Under the pieces are notes generated by a model, which did no database searches, was not told the origin of the DNA, and saw nothing but the letters and a program-made list of their open reading frames with translations. Positions 47,689 through 61,326 of a stretch of DNA of 64,000 nt are shown one piece after another. The position numbers were made by a program, and so were the translations under genes. The stretch's first letter is position 1. Each line of letters starts with the position of its first letter. Source of the DNA: Tubulanus polymorphus (lineage: Eukaryota; Animalia; Nemertea); the NCBI RefSeq assembly GCF_964204645.1, contig NC_134027.1:18376560-18440559 (forward strand), read 5' to 3'.

Positions 47689-48255
47689 GGCCATCCCAAA
47701 ATAATGGTCTGTTTGCCGTAACCCGACCGACCCGACTTCAAAAGTACCGAGTGAAAACCTTTTTCTGGGATTCATTGAAATAAATTTGATTTTTGATAAA
47801 AACGGCCGACCGACCGACCCACTGCCGACGTATGAGCTACGTATGTTTGAATTCAAGTGAAAACATGCCTTGACATGTGGCCTAATTTAAGTTTTTCCAG
47901 GAAACTGGTAGTGTTCCAATAAGCTGCCATTCATTCTAATAGTGACTATATAAAGCTGGTAAGGTAAAAGCGCGCACATATTCAATGTACTGTTTCATTT
48001 TTAACACAGAGATGATGCTCTGGACGAAGTTATAATTTTAGAATAATTCTTGAAATCTACGCTATTAGACAAATTTCCCGTGCACAACGTAGATGATTTT
48101 TTTGTGATATTGTTTCCATGTAAAAAAGCCCAAAGGTGAAAAAGTTGTTATTTTTTTGGCCAAGAATTTTGCAAAAAAATTTCTACCTACCTACTGACTC
48201 ATCCTGAAAAGTTGGGTCGGTGTTACGGCAAACAGACAATTATTTAGGGATGGCC
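47689..48255. mobile_element. PIF/Harbinger-type MITE, TTA TSD
   Basis: TTA|GGCCATCCCAAAATAATGGTCTGTTTGCCGTAAC ... GTTACGGCAAACAGACAATTATTTAGGGATGGCC|TTA. Confidence 0.8.
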
Positions 48256-50441
48256 TTATTTGAATATTTTTTGACGCCTTATAAAACGTTACCATTATGA
48301 AACCTAAACAATGTTAACCATTCAGCGTCATTTTACAAACGACAACCGTAAATCGATGTGCAAAACGTCACAGGTTTATGTGTACACATACAAGCTATTT
48401 GGCAAAATATTATTGATAAAGATGTAGAATGGCTCCCTGTGATTATATAATGACCTCTATTTGAACGTCGAAATGTTATATCGCATTGAATATCATGATA
48501 AGACGTATTGTAATAGTAAATGATGTATGATTATATCAGGAGCGGCAGGCATAAATAGAAATGATAAGTAAATCGGATTATTCAGTTAAATGGCGGATGT
48601 ATACACGATTTGGAAGTCTGATATAAAAGTCAGACCCTGACATGGGGATGCTAGTGGAATGACGAAGCTATCTACGATCTGAGTAGGGCCGGCGTGAATT
48701 TCATCGGCGGCTGCAAGCGGTCTATATAAAAACGTGTAAACAAATAATTTCAGTATTCAAATGTTTTAGAAAATATGTTCGATATTAGGGGTATGCAGGT
48801 TTCACGAGATTAGCAATCTATAATAGCATAGCTGTCATATACGGCTCCGCGTCCACTGATGGCATGTGTACAATTCAATTCAATACTTTATTGATCCTTA
48901 ATACATTGAAATTCCGGGATGAAATTCCCAAATTCAATAAAGTTACAAATTTTAGAATAAGAAAATACAAAATACAAGACACATGGGTAATTCATACAGA
49001 ATAACATCAATAAGTTATTTAAATGACGATGTCTACTTCAACCCAGACCCAACTCTAGGATATCGAGTGACAGCCAAACTGGGACCGGGCTGGCTGGCTA
49101 CACGATATGCTCGAAGCAGACTTCAGAAGAGCTCTTTCTTCAACCATGGAGGCAATGAAGTTGCAGACCAGCTTAGAGCAAAAGTGAATCGAAGTCGGTC
49201 ACAGGTTGACAATTTTTTTTAATTAGACCAGTCGAAGACTGTATCATCTACCCAATCGCCAAATCTCATAGTTCCCCAAATTTCTTAAAACTTCGATTTC
49301 AAATTTGCAATTCCACATTAGCTTATCCCAGAAATTCTACATTTTTTCGCAGGCGTCAAATAATTTATTAAAGTTAATTTTCTTGTTTCATATTGTGAAA
49401 CATATTTTTTTGAAAATATTTAATAGTTTCCCTGCCGCGCCTACCTGTACCCTACAAAATTTTGGACGCGGACCGTAAAACAATTTTATATCTTTGGTCT
49501 TATTTGACTACAAAATAATTCTTTAAGAAAGATAAAATACAATATAAACTTGTGGAACTTTGAGGTCACGAATTAAAAAGATTTTTCACGCAATGCCCTT
49601 ATTCCAAACAACATCTAGCTTTCAAGGTAAACCACACTTTGCCCATGGGCAATTTATTTGGAAATAGATTCTGAATTGAATTGAATTGACTGGTTCCCTA
49701 CCTCTTCGGAGAGCCAGGGGGGTAACTTTATCAGATATCGTAGTGGAGTGTTGAAGGAAATGCAAATTGTTCTTGCTTTATGTCTTTATGATTTAAAAAG
49801 AAAAATCATGGCTCCTATCTATTTTTGTGTTCGCTCCCATCACCTGAAGCAACTAATCAGTTCAAAGGTCGATTAATTCTACTACATAAATACAAAACCA
49901 CCAAGCTTTCAGTATAACCCTGTCAGCAAGTCCCTTTTTAAAATTTAATTCTTGTTCTAGTCTCCTATGGAGATGAAAAACTTCATCATCATAACTTATC
50001 AAAGTCACCAAAATATTTTGCAAATCGAAATTGATAAATGCTTCCTAAACTTGAATGTTAAGATTAAATTATATAACAAGGTATGAGAACATGGATCTAA
50101 TGCACCTAAGGATAGGGCTAACTATTTCACTGATTCATTGGATTTATTTCTAAGTGCGCTGAATCCATGTGAATTTTAAATATTCTAAAGAAAATGTATT
50201 ATTTGATCGATTTATTGATAAATTTCGCTACACATATGCAGTAATTATTCGTAGTATTTTTTGAACTGCGGTAACGGGCTTTGGCGATCGTCATCGGTGC
50301 TTAGATGTAGTCTTGCAGCTTTAGTACGGATTTGCCCTGGGTACCCGAGCTGCAGACTTGATAGAAAAATATACAAAATCATGACGATTGAAACGTGAAG
50401 CAACGATTGAAATGAAATTATTGACTGCTGGATGTAATACC

Positions 50442-53400
50442 CAGGGCTACCAATGTCTCCGATTTCGGCGGAGTTTGCTACGGTAAAACCAGTAGAACTC
50501 CGGTGCTACGGGAGTGGTGAAAAAACTACGCTCGAGCGTCGATCTCATTCCGGTACTCCGCCGAAGAGTCAATCGAATACGCCCATAATCAATTTCACTC
50601 CGGTGTTCCGTTAGAATGCCAATCGAATATGCTCAAATTTATTTCACTCCGGCGTTCCGTTAGAATGCCAATCGAATACGCTCAAATCAATTTTGTCATT
50701 GTTAAATCCTATCCACAGAATGGTAGTCTTTGGTTTGTGCGCATGCGCAGTTATCAATAAGCGATCATGAAAAGTGATAGTCGGAGGTTGGATTTAGTGT
50801 TCACCTGTTAACATGGCGGCATCGTTGTCTGATTTGGATTTTTCGGCAAACGAATCGAATTCCGATGATGATGAAAGCGAATCGGAAGAAGGTGAAGTAA
50901 CTGCGAGGAAGAGAAAATCCAAACAAGGGACTAGTAACGAACAACAGAATAAAAAAACCGGTGACGCCAATCAAAAATTCAAAGCAGAATATACGTCCAA
51001 GTATCCGTGCATTGTTCCATCTCAAATATCAAATAGTTATGCACTGTGCACTGTCTGTAACCTTGATTTTCTTGTTACACATGGTGGGTTAACAGATGTC
51101 AGGAAACATTGTGAAGAAAGCAAAAGTCACGAAGCTAAGGCAAAAGCGTCTAAAATCACTCGCTATTTCACATCTAATACTCCAACAGCAGACGAATTGG
51201 TAACCCTAAGGGCGGAGGTGATGTTCATTAATTTTTTGGTCGAACACAACATAGCTTTCGCAGTATCAGATCATGCTACACGACTCTTTAAAAAGATGTT
51301 CAAAAAAGATTGTGCAAACTTCTCATGCGGGAGAACAAAGTCTACCGCAATCATGCGAGTCTTGGCTAACGAGGTGAAAGCACAAATCGTGGAGCAAATG
51401 GGCCAGAACCCATTTATTATTGGGACGGATGGATCCACATTTAACAATGATACTTTCTACCCGATAGTGGTTAGATACATAGATGCAAATGGCAATATCC
51501 GCACGGAACTTTTAGCACAACCAATGCAAAATGAATCGCATACCGGAGTTAGTATATTTGAAGTGATCCGAGATGAATTTTCAAAGCACGATATAGATTG
51601 GTCAAAATGTCTGGCCCTAGCTGCGGACAATACGAATACAATGGTCGGCAGACACCGAGGAGTGATTAGGTTTATTAGAGACAAACATAAAGACTGCTTT
51701 TTAGCCGGATGTGTGTGTCATCTATTGGCTTTGGCTACTAGAAAGGCAATTACAGCCTTCCAAGGGGATATTGATTTTGACAACATCTTAAAACTCACAA
51801 ATTGGTACCTGGAAAAGTCAAGTAAACGAAAAGCAAAACTGTCCAAAATTCAAAGAGATAATAACATTCCTGAGCAGGCTATAATTAAACATGTACCAAC
51901 TAGATGGCTTTCTATGCGGCCTGCTTTGATCAGACTTCTAGATCAGTGGAGGGCATTAGAAATATTCTTCAACGAAGAATGTGCTGTGAACGAGCCAGGT
52001 GACGAGGGGCAAGGTGATGATGATTTAGTCAACCCAGAAACAGTAAAAGCAACAATAAAAAAGTTTTCAATAGGAGGAAAACAAGATTATATGCTGCCTT
52101 CTTGGTGAAAGCACTCGAGGTAATTTGTGTTAACAGTATCAGTAATCAATAGAATATTTAATCAGTCAACAACAGGCCTAAGGTTTTGAAATTTTAGGCT
52201 AAACAAAAATGATACCTTGTTTTTCTGCTTGTTTTAAAACTGCAATAAACTTTTATCTTTTAGAGTCTTGAGTTCACAAACGAAAGTCTGCAGACGAATC
52301 ATGGCACCATACACATCGTGAAGAGGAGTTTGGAGAGATTATTCCAAAAGTTGCTGGTCTGTTTCACAAAGCCTGCTGCACTGAAAAGTACTGCCTGTGT
52401 CTTGTCCACTGATTTCACCAGCAGATATAACATAAAGGTTAGTAATATATTCCTCATTTAGAGGGGGGTTCCAGCAACCAGGAATCAATTTTGTTGATTC
52501 ATGGATTTTTAGACTAATACTACCATACTAGTCCCTAGCCCTCTACTAGTTATGGGAGTTGCTTGGTATTTTACAATCGCTCAGATCAACTCCAGGCCAT
52601 CATTTTTGACCAACTAATCAAGAAAGCATAGCCATAATTTTTTTTTTAATGTGGTAGGCCCCTATTAAATGTTCCTTTTCTAAATCATCATCTGGGCAGA
52701 GTCGTCTTTCGTCGATGTTTGTACACTCTGTTAGATAGCTGGTGAAGATGAGGCATTTTCTGCACTTCCCATGGGAGGGCGGGAGGAGCAGTATTTTCAG
52801 ACTGGTTCATCATTGATCTTCAACACATGACAATTTGAAATCAAAGATAAATTGATTGATTGATGTTGACTTTGTTTTTTCCTCAGTGAACAGATATAAA
52901 CTGATTAGAAAGTGCTACATTTTCAATCTCCTCAATCAAAGGGCTTAGGCCAATTCTCGCTTTATTTTGTCAGTATTGATTACCTCAAATAGCCTTTCTA
53001 ATCGGGGACGGGTAAGTGTAGTGCACTTACAAATTTGTAAAAAGATTAATACCGATGTGTAGTTGGTATAGTCTGTATTATTTAACCCTATCGTGCCTAG
53101 GGTAAGATAAATCACAACTGCCTGGATACTACTGATAATCTGTCCCAGCTTTAGTTTTGTCTAGCAAGCTGGTGCTGCCACCTGGTTTTCAACCTTACTA
53201 ATTCTAAACCAGCTGTGTAAATAGCGATTTTATAATGTTTTGGCCTGGTTTGAACATTGTATGATTTAAATTGTAGGACAAGAAAGATATAGTAATTGGA
53301 ACCAAGGCCATGGAATGCCTCGCATTGGTGAATAATGACACGCTATCAGCATTCTACAAAGCAGTTGTCTTATTTTACCAAGCAGCATGTTCTTATATAA

Positions 53401-54947
53401 AGGATAAGATCAACCCTGAAAAAGAACCATTGTGGTATCATGTTCAGGTAAATATCTTCACTGAAATTGATAAGCCACGATGATCAAAGGATGGCTTAAG
53501 TTGGGTGCCCTACAACAAGAAAGGTTACTGTCGAATGTTTAATTATGACGACAGTAAGCTTTGCCTTTGATGCAAATTATTTAAATCTATGAATGTAATA
53601 TACATACTTTCTTTTGTCCCAGGTATAAATGTCATTTGCTCCATGTATTTTGAAAAGAAATGTATCTTCTTTGAAATTTCTTTCGCTTCAGGTGGCTGAT
53701 ATCACAAGAAGGCAGAACTCGTCATTTGCTAGTATTAAATATTTCCTCGAGAGATTTGGTTGCCTGTCAGATGTTATTGACCAAGATGAGTTACATATGG
53801 AGTTCCTGGACTTCCAGTCATTACAAGATTCAGAATTACCTCAAGAGTTGTTTACCATTCCATCATCAAAAGACATCAACGAACCACGTCCAATTGAAGA
53901 TCAGTGGAACATGTTGGGGAAATTAACAGATTTCAACCATGCTCCAAGGTATTATTATTGCCTATTCACATTTTCATTAAAGTTTATTTGCACTGGTTCA
54001 TTTTCTTTTACCCCTATAGTCAACCATTAGCATTATGAATCACGCCCGTCCCATCCAATGTTAAATGTCTCCTAAACCTTTGCTGATTTAATAAGCTACC
54101 ACATATGTTACTACCACTATCTCCACATATGTTCATGCCACTTCACAAATCTTTTTAGGTTCAAGCAGCTAGAGAAATTTATGATGTGTATACTTCTTAT
54201 TCCGGTATCGAATGCCCCTTGTGAGAGGGTGTTGTCCACTGTTAAAAAAACAAAACGATCTTCAGGAGTACATTGAAACCAGAAACTTTGGAGTCGATGA
54301 TGATCCTAAAAGCACGCGGGGGCAATTGTTACAACTCTAACCCATCAGAAGAACTTCTAAGAAAAGCTAAGGCTGCAACATTTCGGTACTTACAGGAAAA
54401 ACATTAATTAGTAAATAATTAAACTGTTTCTAGACATTGAATTCTCAGAAGAACCAAGGAAAGTAGTTATCTACATGAGTTTATTATTAGCCCACTTGGG
54501 ACTTTAGTGTTTATTTTTCTGCAGTTGTGTTTGTAGATAAGTTAATGGAGTTGTACTGTTGTATGTGCATTTATCAGAGTTTATTAGTTGGTTAGTTTGT
54601 GGTATATGTAGTATTAATCAAATATGGACCATGTGCATTACAGCCTTTGTGATGAAAAAAAAGTATTTTTTGATAGCAATGATAGCAATAATGCGTAATT
54701 CTAATGTGTGTATATTCCTTTGTGAAGGAGAGTTTAACAATCAATTTTTTAATAAATACAAACAGAATTTTATCATTATTTCGTGTTTTTCTTGGTATTA
54801 TCTGGTCGTTTCGGCTGCTACTGAGAATCAGTGATTTGCTACTATCACTAGACTGTTTGATTTTGCCCTGCTACTGACTGAAATAAGAAAACTACTATCA
54901 AAATTGTATTGTGTTACTACAAAAAAATTTTGAAGTTGGCAGGTCTG
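50442..54947 (+). mobile_element. hAT DNA transposon with 6-bp TSD (AATACC), in Nup93 intron 3
   Basis: Imperfect TIRs CAGGGCTACCAA / TTGGCAGGTCTG. AATACC at 50436-50441 and 54948-54953. ~49-bp subterminal repeats at 50570-50690. Confidence 0.88.
50813..54407 (+). CDS. hAT transposase, 5 exons (50813-52119, 52264-52437, 53277-53447, 53692-53948, 54159-54407), with two 1-nt homopolymer frameshifts
   Basis: BED-like CTVC..H..H, IIGTDGST, LAADNTNTMVG, CVCH, VPTRW and IPVSNAPCERV (dimerization region with catalytic E). All introns are GT-AG with consistent phases. Confidence 0.85.
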
Positions 54948-55284
54948 AATACCAATAAACTGACGTTTGTACTAGCCGCACCGTTTTCCGCAAATTCAAT
55001 TCAATGTTAGAGCGCTGTTGATGTTAATCTTGCTCTAAAAGTAACTGGTGTGAAATATGCTGTCACTTATATGATTTATCGTTATCGTTGTATGTATTTG
55101 TAATCATTTTTAAAAATCAGTAAAATGAAAGAAATTATAATCAACAAAATATAGCTGCAAGGCAGCAATAACAGATTTTCTGCACAATTTTCGTATTCTT
55201 GTTTATGTCTGGATACTGTCGACCACGATTGCGTGTATGCTGACGCAGCTACACCATGCTATTGAAAATGAGAATTTAGAATCC

Positions 55285-55400
55285 TGGGGCTGGTGGTTTT
55301 ATAAACTGGTATTAATTTTAACCCAGGGGTTAACTTAATAAAAAATGAATTGAGTTAGCCCCAGGGTTATAGATAATACTTCTCTATAAAACCGAGCCCT
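55285..55400. mobile_element. Small palindromic Harbinger-like MITE
   Basis: GGGCT..GGTTTTATAAA...AACCCAGGGGTTAACT / AGTTAGCCCCAGGGTT...TATAAAACCGAGCCC. Confidence 0.5.
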
Positions 55401-55629
55401 GTTCGACGATCAAAGCAGTTTTATAAAAGGAAGGTCTACAAACAGTCAATTTGGCCTACCTGAAACCATGGATTACTGGACCAAATGGTTATTTGACTCT
55501 GAAAAATCGACTTTTAGGAACTGATGCTGGTTCATTGGTTATTGACCGCGACCAGCCACTTATTTTGACTCATTGAATTGATGTTGATATTTGAGAATAA
55601 TATTTGTTTTCTGCTTATTTTTGTTATAG

Positions 55630-55755
55630 ACATATGAGTCTGTTACTAATCACTGGTGGAAATGTCAAATGGATGAATGGGAACGTGAGAAACAGAACAT
55701 ATTAAATGCCTTAGTCGGTTCAGGTGAATCTATAGACCTTACACAGGATATAGAG
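55630..55755 (+). CDS. NUP93: Nup93 coding exon 4
   Basis: TYESVTNHWWKCQMDEWEREKQNILNALVGSGESIDLTQDIE (cf. [28 protein letters not shown]). Confidence 0.92.
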
Positions 55756-55850
55756 GTAGAATTATTGAGACAACTTCCATTTAGTTATACACTTACATGC
55801 CTATACACTATAGATTTTAACTTGATTACTGCTTTTTTAATCTCTTTTAG

Positions 55851-55925
55851 TCAACTCCAGTTAATCTGATAAATATGCAAACTCGCAGTGCTCTGGATAA
55901 TATTGAAATGGCATATGCCAGACAG
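55851..55925 (+). CDS. NUP93: Nup93 coding exon 5 (gene continues beyond the window)
   Basis: STPVNLINMQTRSALDNIEMAYARQ (cf. RSSLDNIEMAYARQ); TTTTAG / GTAGGT borders. Confidence 0.93.
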
Positions 55926-56268
55926 GTAGGTTTAATTCATATTTTTGCTTTTCGATTGCTGATGCATGTTATCCATTACCAACTTTACAACTTAGAACCA
56001 ATGGTTACCGCATGAAAATGTCATTTCCATTCGAATCACGAAGGTACAGAGCCCCAACTTTCAGCGACCTTGACACCAAACACGTGAACTATCTAGGTGC
56101 GCGAATGTTGTTATGACATCATAATACTCTGAATAAACAACACCGCGCTTTCTCGCGATACGCGCATGGAAGGATCTAAAGTCTATTCTGCGATGTATTT
56201 TCAATAATGTTTATAAAAGAATCCATTTAAAGACTGTAATTAACATGCAAAACATGAAATTGATTGAA

Positions 56269-57006
56269 CAGAGATGAGAATTCCCCGCGGATCCGCGGTT
56301 TCCCGCGGATTTCAGTATTGAAAAATATCAATTTTCCAAATAGTCTAAAAATGATGTAAAAGTATGGGGGGGGGGGGGGTGATGATCTCACTCAATTGGT
56401 CCGGCGCGATCGGTAATCAGGTGAACCGTAAAAGCGTTCAGTGCCTGTTTTACTTATCGTCACGTAAAAGTATCGCATTTCAATGCATATTCATTGCAAC
56501 ACAGTGATTTTGTATGTACATTTGTACTACGATGAGTTTGTATGTATTTTATCGATCGGTTGCAGACACGCACGCACAGCAACAGTAGTAACGTATATAG
56601 GTCTACTTACTGTTGCTGCGTGTGTGTGGCGAACGTTTTCGGATATTATACACTACTTGGTGATGATTTTTAGTGAGCATTCATCGGCGCATTTTTACTG
56701 CAATAATTCAGGGCTCGACCCGTAATGCATGAGATGCTGAATGTCATCAAATGAGGATGTACCACATTGGAACTAGCCATTACCTTCCAAAATATAATAG
56801 TCGTTCATGGGTTCGAGATCGCTCTAAGTGCTCGGAAAACGTATTTAATTTCTAAAATTTTCTTGGGGGAGGGCCCCCAAACCCCCCCGAAATAGCTTCG
56901 TGCCTTCGGCGCTCGCTAGTGCTGACGGCTACGCCGTCAGCTGGTTCGCGTATGTCACTCAAGAAAAATAACCCGCGGATTTTACAGGTCGGCGTTCTCA
57001 TCCCTG
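56269..57006. mobile_element. hAT-type MITE with 6-bp TSD (ATTGAA)
   Basis: ATTGAA|CAGAGATGAGAA ... TTCTCATCCCTG|ATTGAA; CCGCGGA subterminal motifs. Confidence 0.85.
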
Positions 57007-57123
57007 ATTGAAAGAAACATAGCTGGAAGATTAGTTTTAAAAGTTTGATTGTTGTCAATCATCAATTACCGCTAGTCAAAATGGCGGCCGTCATGATAAA
57101 CAAGACGGATAATTTTCTTTAAA

Positions 57124-57779
57124 AGGGCAAATGCCATCAAAATTGTACTTTCCGCGATTTCTTAATCAGAAGAAACTTAAATATACATATAACGACCTGA
57201 GATGTGACTTATTGAAAAAAGGAGCAAGAATTAGCGGTAATTGTTAGCGGAATAGTCATCTATTTATCCTTCACTCTGTGTGTATAGTTCATATTCAACC
57301 CACGGGTGGCGCTATTCATGATGTTAGTTATGAAAATCAACACAAGCACGTGTGCGGGCCAGTACGCGAAGCCTATGTATAATCGATAAAATAAACACCA
57401 TTTGTTCACCGTGTTCACCGTATTCACTGACCTACAGCGCTACTCACTTATGTACGATTATCATGTCATATACAACCGTAGCAACACTATACTATGGTTA
57501 GTGTTTATTAATTCAAATCACTCCCAAAATGATAAAATATCGCATGAAATGTCTAGTGAAATGTCTGGAAGCCGCGAGCGTTTGTCAGAGATGACGTCAG
57601 AAACACGCACCTGCTAAGATAAACAATAACAGTGAGCATGCGCTGAAATTGCCGATTTAATAGTCATATTTCGCAGTAATGGCTGAACTAAAATTCAAAC
57701 CAATTCCATATTTGATATTTGATACATCACAATTGAAAATGAATTTTACACAATATTCCATTTTGATGGCATATGCTCT
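57124..57779. mobile_element. Kolobok-like MITE (TTAA-associated)
   Basis: TTAA-A|AGGGCAAATGCCATCAAAAT ... ATTTTGATGGCATATGCTCT|TTAA. Confidence 0.7.
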
Positions 57780-58533
57780 TTAACTGATTGGATCTGGTAT
57801 AAAATGTAGTATTTCATATCACAAATGGCCCAAATCCGTTTAAAAGAATAACAGTACCGCACTCAAGGCACCAAGGTTGGAATATGGCTATGGATCATGA
57901 TAAAATAGCGCACTACGACCGATAAAATATCAGCTGTCGGTACTTGGTCATGGTAAGCCTACGCTGTCGGATCGAAATGGAACCTGATTCCTGAAGAAGC
58001 CAAGGTCCTAATGAGAAGAATAAACGAAACAAATGTAAGTGTCCTGCAGTCAATTCTACAGTGTCTAATTATCTTCCAGTGTCTACTCCTCCACACCTTT
58101 ATGTAGTCTACAAAAACATGGACAAGCCATACTTTAGATTAGGTTCTCATCAAACAATCTACTGGGGGTTGGGTGTACGTGTAGGTAGTGTACTCACTGC
58201 TACTTAGCTGATACTTATCTTATTTTTAGGCAACAGTTTTGACAGACCACCTAACTACTAGTTAGGCCTAATGTTTTTTCCATGGACGCGAAAAGTAGGC
58301 CTAGGCATCTTAGAGTCATAAGTAGTTAGGCTAGGAACATTCATGTCATTTATTTGCATTACTAAGAAGTCTTTCCACATGCAATTATTTTTATTTCAAA
58401 TGTAACGTTTCTTTTTCAGAGAATTTAGCCTGTTAGAGGAACCCGAGAAATGCTAATTTTGAGGTCAACTTGTGACTAGATAAGCCAGGTTTACAGGATT
58501 AGAGAGTAGGCCTCAATGACTGAATGGTGAATA

Positions 58534-59123
58534 CCGTAAAAACCGGCGTATAAGTCTACGCGGCGTATAAGTCGAGGTCGATTTTTAGACCTACATTTCA
58601 TGATTTTAACATATATCCGGCTTATAAGTCGAGTCCCTTCTCTTAGAAGAATAATTACTTGTATCATTATATTGAATAGTTTGTTTTGATAACGATGTGC
58701 GTTTTCACGCACGCCGCCGCGCGTCAGCCTGATTGCTGCTGTGTGTTAATCAATAGAATGTTACACACACACTCAGGTATAATACACTACCATACAGTGA
58801 TACAGTAGTGTGAGTCACACGCTATATATAGCCTAATGTATTAAGCGCTGCTATGAGCGCCCATATATGAATACATCGTTTTAAATGAAGCTGTGTCAAA
58901 ATGAAAGGTTTTTTTCATTAAATAACTTTATTTATCATGAATAATTATTGTAACTGTTATAGCAGTGAGAAGATGAACACTGTCTTTTTTGTCTGGTAGA
59001 ATCAATATTTCTTGTGACCTGAAAATACTTAGTAGAAAACTGTACTCGGAGTATAAGTCGAGGTCAATAATGTAATGGTAAAATCAAGGATTAAAAACCC
59101 GACTTATGCGCCGGTTTTTACGG
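58534..59123. mobile_element. Tc1/mariner (pogo/Tigger-like) MITE, TA TSD
   Basis: TA|CCGTAAAAACCGGCGTATAAGTC ... GACTTATGCGCCGGTTTTTACGG|TA. Confidence 0.85.
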
Positions 59124-59687
59124 TACATCACCTGTAGTCATTGCTGCTGTATTGAATTATTTATCTTTCTGCAATCAATTGATTTTTTTGTTTGATTTTA
59201 TTCATCTTTAGGTGATGCAGATATCAAGTGCAAGGATATGAAGTTGAATCTTTAAACTGGAGATTGTCAAAATTTTACTTGTTTCCATCTTTTCACTTTT
59301 ATGTTCGAATAAATCTAAACATATAAAAGAGCTTTTTCTTATGCATATTCCTGAAGTCATGAATAATTCCTATTCATTTCTACTAACAAGAAAAAAAGAG
59401 AAGCTTCGTCTACACTTGCATCTTCTACCAAGGTTATGCATCTACACTAAGCTCGAAACACTGGTTGAATGCAGAAGAGCCAGGTTTTTGAAAAAGGAAT
59501 TATTAAACCTATTGAGAATCTACAGATGTGGATTCAGTTACTGGAGCTGAATTAAGTGTAGATGCAGCCCTGCAAATGCTGGGTTTTGATGAACCTGCGT
59601 ACTTCGAAACGGGTTCAATGAGCTATGTAGACGTGGTTATATGTATCGAAGTCAGAAAAAAGCATATTGAAAGTGCATCAATATTTT

Positions 59688-61326
59688 ATTATGCCCCGGC
59701 TCAACTTAAGTTGAGAGGGGGCATATAGATTTACCCCTGTCTGAGTACGCCGCCGCCGCAAATGACGTTAACAGTCGAGACTCTGCAATTGTTGACCGAT
59801 TCATTTCAAACTTGGTAAACGAGTAGGATATCACTTGGGCCAGAACCCTATTTAAAATTGGGTCGATTTGATTCAAATTATGGCCACCAGGGGGCTGAAA
59901 TGAAAAACAAAGTTAACAGCCTAGATGCCGCAATTGTTGACCGATTCATTTCAAACTTGGTACACAAGTAGGATATCACTTATGCACCAGTCAATGAAAG
60001 TTCCCGTCCTACGGGGGCCGGGAAACGAAAAAATTAGTGGCGACGCTAGGATCGCTCAATCGGAACTTTTTTCCCGCTACTGGTAACGTTATTTTTATCG
60101 CTTCCGTAGCGCTATGGATCGCCTACACACAGGGGGATTCCTGTGCTATGGATCGCTTAAGTATGTGGAGAATTGTGCGCTACGGATCGCCGTGTGGTAC
60201 CAGGAATACTTGAACACTAAAACTGGTATCTGCAGTTTGAGAACCGTAAAAATTCTGAAATTCGATTTCTCTAAATGATGTCATCAGAAAAATATTACAA
60301 ACCAATGTTTGAAAAAAGTGATCTAATTGAGCTCTTTAAAATGGTAAAAATACGAATTTATGGAAACAAAAAGTTTGTTGGTGAAGATGGCGCTAGCTAG
60401 CGCTGTGGATCGCTATGGTTCGACGTTGCGGGTGAGGACATCAGCGCTATTTGGCGTTGTTGATCGGGTCCGTACACAAGGACTGGTCACTAAAGCTGCA
60501 CTGATACCGGTATGCGATCCACTCATCTTTTCACTGGATCGCCTCTATCTCGGCGCTATGGGTCGCTAATTTTTGTTTCCCGGCTTCCGTAGGGCGGGAA
60601 CTTTCATTGACTAGTGCATTAGGCTAGAACCCTATTTATAATTGGGCTGATTTGATTCAAATTTTGGCCATCATCGGGCTGGCATAAAAAACGTTAACAG
60701 CCTAGATGCGGCAATTGTTGACCGATTCATTTCAAACTTGCTACACAAGTAGGATATCTCTTGGGACCGAAGCCTATCTCAAATTGGGTCGATTCGATTT
60801 GAATAATGGCCACCAGGGGGCCGACATGAAAAATGATGTTAATAGGCTAAATGCCGCAATTGTTGACCGATTCATTTCAAACTTGGTACACAAGTAGGAT
60901 ATCACTTCGGCCAGAACTTTATTTAGAATTGGGTTGATTCAATTCAAATTATTGCCACCAGGGGGGCGACATAAGAACGACGTTAACAGCCTAGAGGCCA
61001 AAATTGTTGACCAATTGCTTTCAAACTTGGTACACAAGTAGGGTATCACTTGTGCCAAAACCCTATTCAAAATTGGGTCGATTCGATTCAAATTATTACT
61101 AGAGGCTGCAATTGTTGACCGTTTCAAATTATGACTATCAGGGGAAAACAGCCTAGAGGCTGCAACTGTTGATAGATTATTTACACTTTGTACACATGTT
61201 CGCTAATATCATTCTTATAGAAAAAATTGTGGCCATGATATTTCTAACGCATTTACCACAAACCCTGTAACTTCATGTGGCGGTAAATTTCAGGCCTGTG
61301 GCATTCGAGGCTTTGCCTCATTCTAG
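59688..61326 (+). mobile_element. Second Helentron family with ~150-bp tandem units, interrupted by a MITE
   Basis: 5' TATGCCCC...GGGGCATA hairpin, (GCC)n, repeated units GCAATTGTTGACCGATTCATTTCAAACTTGGTACACAAGTAGG, and 3' GAGGCTTTGCCTC hairpin + CTAG-TT. Confidence 0.78.
59983..60618. mobile_element. PIF/Harbinger-type MITE, TTA TSD, nested in the Helentron array
   Basis: TTA|TGCACCAGTCAATGAAAGTTCCCG ... CGGGAACTTTCATTGACTAGTGCA|TTA. Removing it restores the repeat unit. Confidence 0.85.

Noticed and set aside
59212-59260. Candidate next Nup93 exon after TTTAG
   Set aside because: Translation does not resemble the expected IYIYNEK-like continuation; no good donor.
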